From Eledone cirrhosa (taxonomy: Eukaryota): a DNA stretch of 64,000 bases. This document shows positions 56,763-64,000 of this stretch, one piece after another. Both the position numbers and the translations under genes were made by a program. The notes under the pieces are model-generated. The model saw only the letters and a list, made by a program, of their open reading frames with translations, was not told where the DNA came from and did no database searches. The stretch spans positions 150,598,001 through 150,662,000 of the forward strand of contig OZ024741.1 of NCBI GenBank assembly GCA_964016885.1, in the 5' to 3' direction. Numbering within the stretch: position 1 is the first letter of the stretch; each line of letters opens with the position of its first letter.

Positions 56763-59700
56763 ATTGCATTCTTTTTCTATGTCCATATCTGCATTGTCTT
56801 GGCCTTATTACACATATTCTAACGTTTATACCTCATTACACAATGCTTCAAGTGAACTATAACCTCCTCCTTTCATTACGCCTGAGCCAGGCCCAGTTCA
56901 CAACTGTAAAGAAACTCTTCCAGCTATCTGAAAAGCGCGCCAAAGCCGGCTGCCAAATAAATTTCCTAAAACGATGCCTGAACAACAACATCATTCCCAA
57001 AACCATCAAAAATTTACACCTACCAACATGCTTCAATTCACCAGGCCTCAAACGATCTCTCAGTTACATACAAAAATTCTGCCTAAGAAAACTCATACAA
57101 CACCTACACCGCACGCTACAACATCACATACGGACTATCTCCAGCCTTGTACCACAACTCGCTGAAACCCCAGAACCTCTGTCCAAGGTCATCTCCGCCA
57201 CTATAGACAGGTCATACCACCACCGCCGAGACTACGAGAAAAAACGCCTAACACAAAAATTTCTCAAACTCAGGACGGCCAACTGTCTTAACAACATCCC
57301 AACGCCAAACACCAACAGAGGCGAACAATACGTTACCAACACCGAACCTAGCGGCACCCCGACCAACAACACACCTGACGCAAAACACCTCGTCACAGAC
57401 TTGACAGGATCCCTCTCCCGAGAGGAATTAGACCTCCTCAGCCTGGGTCCCAAGTTCATATTGAAACAGAGACTGGACGACAGACTATGGCTCGACATAG
57501 AAACGAATTTCTGTCGAGCTGCCTACCAACTGAAATGGATATCGACTCTCGACAACAACACCACGGAATCCACCACACCCAGATTCCCGATATACCAACT
57601 AGATCGCCCACTCTATCCACCGCCCGCCAACCGCGAGCTGGAAGATAAACTCTCGAGACTAAAACATTCCGTATTTAACATCTTACGGAAACAGAAGAAG
57701 ATGGCCCCTAACCTCTCCAGGACACAACAACTCGCCCTGAAGAACCTACGGAATAAGGAACTTATTTACTTACCATCCGACAAAGGTAAAGAGTTCTGCG
57801 TCATCTCTCAAGCCACATACAATAACCTAGCCTTCGAACACCTAAGCGACAGTGAACTGTACACAGTGATCCCGGACATGACCGCAGCCCAAATCGAAAA
57901 ACAGACCAACTCCATTTGGTTCGATATCTGTAGGAGAAGACAACTCCCGAATAAAATTAAACTCAACTACACCACTAGAAATAGCAGACTGCCCACTTTC
58001 TACCACCTCATCAAGACCCACAAGAATAGCACTAAGACGCATATAAGACCCATCGTCTCTAGCATAGAAGGACCCCTATACAAAATTTCCTGGCTTCTCT
58101 CCCAGGTCCTCAAGCCTCTACTCTCCACCTTCCCCGGACATGTCAGTAGCTCCGACGAAGTTATACGTAGATTACACCAACTCCAGCCAGAACAACTTAA
58201 ACTTAATAAATACGCTTTTAGCCTCGACGTTGTCTCCCTCTACACTACAGTCCCCGCTCACCCAGCTGTCGATTTATTGACGGACTGCGTGGTCGCAGAG
58301 AACATCCACTGCTACGGCCTCCACCCGACGGACATACACCAACTTTTGTCCTTCACGGTAGAAAACACGTACTTCACCTTCCACCACCACACATACAGAC
58401 AGACAACAGGATTACCCATGGGATCCAGCCTCTCTGGCCTGCTGGCCATCACTTACATGAACCAGCTAGAATGCCGAGCCCTCAACACCTGCCATTCCCA
58501 TGCCTTCTTCACCCGATATGTAGATGACATACTCATCCTTACATCATCCCGTGAAGAGGCAGAGAAAATATACACAACATTCTCCAGCATGGACGCCAGT
58601 ATAAAGTTCAGCATTGAACACCCCGATGACCGTGGATCCCTATCCCTGCTGGACTTCCAACTCAGGGTAACAGAGGAAGGCAACATCCACACCTGCTTCT
58701 ATAAAAAATCCGCCAGCAGGGACCTGTTCGTACATTTCAGATCGGCCCTCCCACTCGGTGCCAAGTTCGGATACATAAAGAACGAACTGGCACGTATCAA
58801 GAACAAATGCACCGACGCCAGAGACCGAGACACACACACCACACATTTCCTGGAAGTACTCAAACTGAACGGATACACGACATCCACCACAAACCGTGCC
58901 AGAAAGAACAGAGGACACCACACCCGAGGCACTAACACTTGCTTCCTGAAGCTCCCACACTTCAGTGAAGAAACAACAACAGCCATCCGCAGAGCCATCA
59001 GACGAGAAGGTCTGGATATTCAACTGGCCCATTCGGGTCCTTCTTTGCGTGGACGGCTAGCTAAGAGACACTCCACCAGACATGACAACTGCTGCAGACT
59101 AGCCAACTGCCCCATCAACGACACAGACCTATGCCACCAGGCTAACGTAGTTTACAGACTAGAGTGTGACAAATGCAACAACTTCTACGTAGGTAGCACC
59201 ACCAGACCACTCCACATAAGAATAAAAGAACACCTCAATACTAACGCTTCCTCATTTAAGAAACACCTAGTTAAATGCAAAAACACTGATAAAAACATAA
59301 CAGTTAGGATAGAAACTAAAGAAAGAAACCTCGGTAATCTTAGAATCAAGGAAGCACTCATTATAGATAGAACACATCCACCAATCAATAATAGACTAGA
59401 GCTCAACACCCAATTTATAACCTGATAGGGCCTCTAGCCCCACTTTACACACCCCACACACACGCACGCACACACCCCCACTTATTCTCTCTCACACATA
59501 CACACACAAAACCAGTTCTAACACCAGATAACACCTACCCCCCACTTTTACGATTAGACCTATCTTCCCACACTCACACACACACACATACCTACACCTT
59601 CATGCTTTCTCCCACACATACAGGCACGCATATAAAATTTACATAACACAACAAAAACATAAACAAACCCCTCTTAAAGGGAGACTACTCTTTACCCACC

Positions 59701-59946
59701 TAATTTTAATTCTTTGATATTAAAGTTAGAACTCTATACTATTTCCGGTCAGCATGGCTTCATTGGAAATTTAGACGCTGGTCTGAGACTTTTACTTCCC
59801 TCCGAAGAAGAGATATTATCTCGAAAATTAAGGACATTTAAATAAATTCAAGGTGAAAGACTAATTCTCACCAATATCTCTCACTATTGCATTCTTTTTC
59901 TATGTCCATATCTGCATTGTTTTGGCCTTATTACACATATTCTAAC

Positions 59947-59953
<7 letters not shown>
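56763..59953 (+). mobile_element. Apparently intact Penelope-like element with a terminal direct repeat of about 68 bp, between (TA)n tracts
   Basis: 56763-56830 repeats at 59886-59953; contains one long ORF. Confidence 0.9.
56843..59425 (+). CDS. PLE polyprotein: reverse transcriptase + GIY-YIG endonuclease (860 aa, uninterrupted)
   Basis: LSLGPKF, SDKG, IRPIVS, LDVVSLYT, GLPMGSSLS, RYVDD and LLDF; Cys-rich linker CRLANCPI..LC; VVY..CDKC..YVGSTTRPLHIRIKEH. Confidence 0.95.
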   Translation: MLQVNYNLLLSLRLSQAQFTTVKKLFQLSEKRAKAGCQINFLKRCLNNNIIPKTIKNLHLPTCFNSPGLKRSLSYIQKFCLRKLIQHLHRTLQHHIRTISSLVPQLAETPEPLSKVISATIDRSYHHRRDYEKKRLTQKFLKLRTANCLNNIPTPNTNRGEQYVTNTEPSGTPTNNTPDAKHLVTDLTGSLSREELDLLSLGPKFILKQRLDDRLWLDIETNFCRAAYQLKWISTLDNNTTESTTPRFPIYQLDRPLYPPPANRELEDKLSRLKHSVFNILRKQKKMAPNLSRTQQLALKNLRNKELIYLPSDKGKEFCVISQATYNNLAFEHLSDSELYTVIPDMTAAQIEKQTNSIWFDICRRRQLPNKIKLNYTTRNSRLPTFYHLIKTHKNSTKTHIRPIVSSIEGPLYKISWLLSQVLKPLLSTFPGHVSSSDEVIRRLHQLQPEQLKLNKYAFSLDVVSLYTTVPAHPAVDLLTDCVVAENIHCYGLHPTDIHQLLSFTVENTYFTFHHHTYRQTTGLPMGSSLSGLLAITYMNQLECRALNTCHSHAFFTRYVDDILILTSSREEAEKIYTTFSSMDASIKFSIEHPDDRGSLSLLDFQLRVTEEGNIHTCFYKKSASRDLFVHFRSALPLGAKFGYIKNELARIKNKCTDARDRDTHTTHFLEVLKLNGYTTSTTNRARKNRGHHTRGTNTCFLKLPHFSEETTTAIRRAIRREGLDIQLAHSGPSLRGRLAKRHSTRHDNCCRLANCPINDTDLCHQANVVYRLECDKCNNFYVGSTTRPLHIRIKEHLNTNASSFKKHLVKCKNTDKNITVRIETKERNLGNLRIKEALIIDRTHPPINNRLELNTQFIT

Positions 59954-59984
<31 letters not shown>

Positions 59985-60014
59985 AAATGTGTGTAATCCT
60001 TCGTACAGTTAGGT

Positions 60015-60263
60015 ATATTAAGACAGGGGGGTAGAAAAAAATGGCTTCACTTGTGCTTTCAACAAATTTATTTTCTTCACAAAATCCAAAAAGAATTTTT
60101 TTCCGGATTATAAAAACATTTTTTTTTTTTTTTTTCTTAAGAAAAAAAAAAAAAAAAAATGTTTTTCTAATCCGGAAAAAAATTCTTTTTGAATTTTGTG
60201 AAGAAAATAAATTTGTTGAAAGCACAAGTGAAGCCATTTTTTTCTTCCCCCCTGTCTTAATAT
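60015..60263. repeat. Near-perfect palindrome of about 250 bp centred on T-run/CTTAAG/A-run
   Basis: TAAGACAGGGGGG..TCCGGATT..TTTT CTTAAG AAAA..AATCCGGA..CCCCCCTGTCTTA. Confidence 0.9.
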
Positions 60264-60466
60264 ATATATATATATATAAATATATATGTGTGTGTGTGCG
60301 CGCGTGTGTGTGTGTGCGTGTGCGCGTGTGTGTGTGCGCGTGTTATATTAGACACACGTTTACTGTGTTTATTACTACATATATTATTATTATAATGCTC
60401 AGTATTTATACTTTGAGCTTGTTAATTACAGGGTTTAAATATGAGTTATTAACTCTACCTTTCATT

Positions 60467-60523
<57 letters not shown>

Positions 60524-60831
60524 TAGAATGTAGTTTGCTTGAAGCATTGTATATGGTATATAATGTAAAAAACGATATGTTTAAGAAGGCTAAGGCAGTG
60601 CGAAATAGACTGTAAAAGGACGGCAACGAAAACATTTGAGTTACATGGTATTTATTTTTATTGTCTGTTTCTTTTTGTTCTAATATTTCGGGACTTAAAA
60701 CCCCTTCCTCAAAGTTTAATTTAAATTTGAAATTTAGAAACCGCTTTCAAGCGTTGTGTTTTGACGTTTGCTGCAGTATCCGCGAGAAACAGGAGGATGA
60801 CGTCAATTACCATATGACGTCAATTACCATA

Positions 60832-62035
60832 ACTGCTTCGCCATGCCGAAGCTCCTCTCTACACTCCGCGCTCCATGCTACACCCACACATCTCTCCTCG
60901 CTGACCTCGATACTTGTATCCGAGCAGCAGCCGAGGGGATATGCAACGTCAAGTTTGACGACATAGGGTGGCAACAGGCCACTTTACCGGTAAGGTATGG
61001 CGGCCTTGGCCTCCGGTCCCCGATCTCACTAGCTTTGCCGGCGTATCTTTCGTCGGTAACCTCGTGCCGCGTCCTCGTCACCAGGGTTCTTCAAAACACA
61101 ACAGAACCCTCTGTGTTCAGAGAACGTGAGGCCGCCTGTGAGACGTGGGAACGGATGGGACTTAGCCCAGTAGACGTCCCTCCTCCTTCTCCCCTGTTGA
61201 CGTCAAGTCCCCCCAACGCACTTTGGATGCCATCCAGTGCAACCTGGCCTCAGACAGGCTCACGCGCCAGCTCGACCAGCATCGCCTTGCTTGTTATCGT
61301 GCAGCCTCCAAACCTCACAGTGGTGCCTGGCTCCATGCCCTGCCCTCTTTCTCCACTGGCACGCAGCTAGACAACCATAGCCTCGGCCTCCGGATCTGCT
61401 AGTCACACCAATGTCGCTGCGGTTCCACCGTGGACTCTTTCGGCCTCCACCCGCTTCCCTGTCGCCATAGTGCCGGCCGCATTCCAAGCCATGCTGCCCT
61501 CAACGAGGTCATAAAGCATGGCTTGGACGCTGCAGGCTTCCCTTTCCAGCTCGAGCCTGTGGGGCTGGATCGAGGGGAGTGCAAAAGGCCAGATGGCATG
61601 ACCATCTTCCCGTTCTGCGGTGGCAAACCCCTCGTCTGGGATGCCACTTGTACCGACACTTTCTGCAGCCACAACCTGGTGCAGTCTGCGACTGACCCAG
61701 GTTCTGCTGCACGTCGGGCTGAGGGGGCCAAACTCCTCTAATACCGGTCGCTCTCCGACAGGTTTGCGGTCGTTCCCCTGGCAGTAGAGACTTCTGGTGT
61801 CCTCGGCCCCAGAGCTACCTCCTTACTCACGACCATAGGCGCTAAGCTGGCCAGCCGCAGGTGTGAGCCCCGCGAGTTGGTGTGGCTTTTCCAGTGCGTC
61901 TCCCTTGCTGTCCTCCTGGGAAACGCTTTTTCTATTCTGTTTGCCGGGGCTGTGGGTGGGCCCCATCGCGTCCCAATACATTAGTTAAATACCATTCTTT
62001 CATCTGATATATCTCTAAATTATATTTTGTACAAT
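60832..62035 (+). mobile_element. 5'-truncated CRE-clade LINE copy with putative TSD
   Basis: Homologous to 46705-47872. AATTACCATA at 60822-60831 and 62036-62045. Confidence 0.85.
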
Positions 62036-62149
62036 AATTACCATATGGATAATTAAATTGAAGCAAATTTCTTGTATTAATTGTTGTGTGCGAGTGGGTG
62101 TGTCCTTTTTGGTAAAGTATTGTGTGAAGAGTTCCAATCTTTTGGAGAT

Positions 62150-62315
62150 TTATGGGTTAGACCTACATGTTAGCAGTGCTTCCTTTATTCACAAGTTACC
62201 CACATTTCTCTCTCTGGCTCCAATATTGACTATTATGTTTTTGTTGGTGTTTTTACATTTGTCAATATGCTTTTTAATTGAGGATGTGTGTGTGTTAAGG
62301 TATTCTTCATTGCAG
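62150..62315 (-). mobile_element. Decayed GIY-YIG 3' fragment of a PLE related to 56843-59425
   Basis: EYLNTHTSSIKKHIDKCKNTNKNIIV..RERNVGNL*IKEAL versus EHLNTNASSFKKHLVKCKNTDKNITV..KERNLGNLRIKEAL. Confidence 0.75.
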
Positions 62316-62759
62316 GTGTGGTACGACTCCACCACCATACACACACATACATATATTTCACTGGATAATTAATTCATCAATCATTTGCATAATCAGCTAA
62401 TTAATTAATTGCTAAAGTAATTTCGTCAGATGTGGGGAAAGAACTTTGACAATAAATACATTATTTCATTGATCAACTTTGACAATCAACTAAATGCTTT
62501 TTTAATTGATTGATTAGTGGATTAATTATCTGATTAATAATTATTTCTAACATTAGCACAATGCCAGCAAATTGGGAGAAGGGGAACGTCAATTATAATG
62601 ACCCCCAGTATTTAACTGGTACATATATTTTGACTGGTAGCAAGACTCTCTAAAATTTCAATAATCGACAGTCGATCGACTTTCGTTAAATCGGACCGAG
62701 GAAACAATGTTAGTCTTTCCAATTGCTAATACTATCTATCGGTCGCAACTCCAGATAGA

Positions 62760-62877
62760 AGGAGCAACGTGAAATAAAGTGTATTGCTCAAGGACATAAC
62801 GCATCGCCCGATTCAGGAATCGAACTCACAACCTTACGATTACGAATCCAGTTCTCTTACCACTCAGCGACGCGCCT
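62760..62877 (-). mobile_element. Second tRNA-derived SINE family, 5' fragment
   Basis: Minus strand GGCGCGTCGCTGAGTGGTAAG..GAGTTCGATTCC (A/B boxes) followed by TGTCCTTGAGCAATACACTTT. Confidence 0.7.
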
Positions 62878-63345
62878 TCAACAATATCCATGTCTAATAT
62901 TATAAAACATATCGTGTGAAATGTACATTGTAGAATAAAGGCACCCATTTTAATTTCTTTAATTTTTATCAATATTTCTTTATTGCTTCTATGCTCACTC
63001 ATTGTCACGTCACGGATTATAGAATGCGCCTGCATGTGCGCTCGTATAATATACAATATGCTTGTTTGGATTTGTGTGTGTGTTACATATACGTCTAAGT
63101 ATTTTTTTATGAGGAAGTTCCAATGCTGCTTTCTTTTTCTCTATTTTTAACCAAACAAAAATAAAATGCTACACATGTTCGAAAACTAAGAAAAAAAAAA
63201 AAATTAATAGCTGCAAACGACATTCTGCTTTATTACGTAATATTTATATATATATATATATATATATATTTGTTTTGCAAGGTTTTTATATGAAATCGTG
63301 TGTCGAAACAAATATTGTTATACTTGGGGAGGGTCATATTGTTGT

Positions 63346-63526
63346 AATAATTGTTTCTACGTTAGGCACAAGGCCAGCAATTACCCAGTGCATTACTGGT
63401 ACTTTATTTTATCGACCCCGTAAGGATGAAAGGCACAGTTAACCTTGGCGCGATTTGAACTCAGAATGGCAAGAGCCGTAACTCTATAGTCAAAGCATGG
63501 CGTCCGACCCTCTACCAATACTGCCA
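63346..63526 (-). mobile_element. SINE S1 copy
   Basis: Reverse complement of 51904-52092. Confidence 0.9.
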
Positions 63527-64000
63527 TGCGAGAAATAATAACAGAACACACTCACTGTTTGGTTGGTTTTCGCTTCTGTATCTTTTATATCTCCATAGTT
63601 AATTTATTTGGCAATCAATGTTTATCATTGACTGACCAACGGTTAAAAATACAGATATAAATATATATGCACATGCAACGAAAGAACTTTGTTTGACTAT
63701 ATATATATATATCAAACCTAGTAACTAATAATAATAATAATAAAAATAAAATTAAAGACCTATGTCAGAGATAGCACTAGACCACCACCTTTTAATTTAT
63801 CCAACTAGACCTTCACGAATATAGGACTGCACCTTAATTAAAAGACCACACTGACCTACATACAGTCAATACATCCCTGTTTGATCTATTACATTATGCA
63901 ATGAAAAGATTTAAATGATATAGACACCCTAATAAATTCCCAATATACAACACCAACTAAATAGCAGACAACTGTGTATATAACTCCAATTACTCCAGTA

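Noticed and set aside
59423-59428. TGA at the end of the PLE ORF as possible selenocysteine recoding
   Set aside because: It is immediately followed by TAG, the protein appears complete, and there are no in-frame internal TGAs.

Overview
Animal (eukaryotic) genomic DNA made almost entirely of transposable elements and microsatellites ((TA)n, (CA)n, (GA)n, (AAT)n). No host gene, rRNA, true tRNA or CRISPR array is recognisable. The dominant tRNA-derived SINE resembles SINEs I associate with octopods, so a cephalopod source is likely (inference). Contents: two head-to-tail Tx1/L1-type LINEs, an R4/Dong-type restriction-like-endonuclease (RLE) LINE and SINEs stacked at (AAT)n tracts (1-11.1 kb); an RTE LINE 5' half; Tc1 and mariner DNA transposons; two Helitron Rep/helicase regions plus short non-autonomous Helitrons; two CRE-clade LINE copies; and several Penelope-like elements (PLEs), one with an intact 860-aa RT/GIY-YIG ORF. 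Three signals stand out. (1) About a dozen type I hammerhead ribozyme motifs from several sequence families, many inside fold-back structures. (2) A non-coding 465-bp hammerhead unit present as circularly permuted tandem plus inverted copies (retrozyme or mini-PLE-like). (3) A 3'-tail motif and (ATT)n context shared by the SINE and the Tx1 LINE, suggesting a SINE/Tx1 partnership targeting (ATT)n microsatellites. All calls were made by eye from motifs; no database searches were run.
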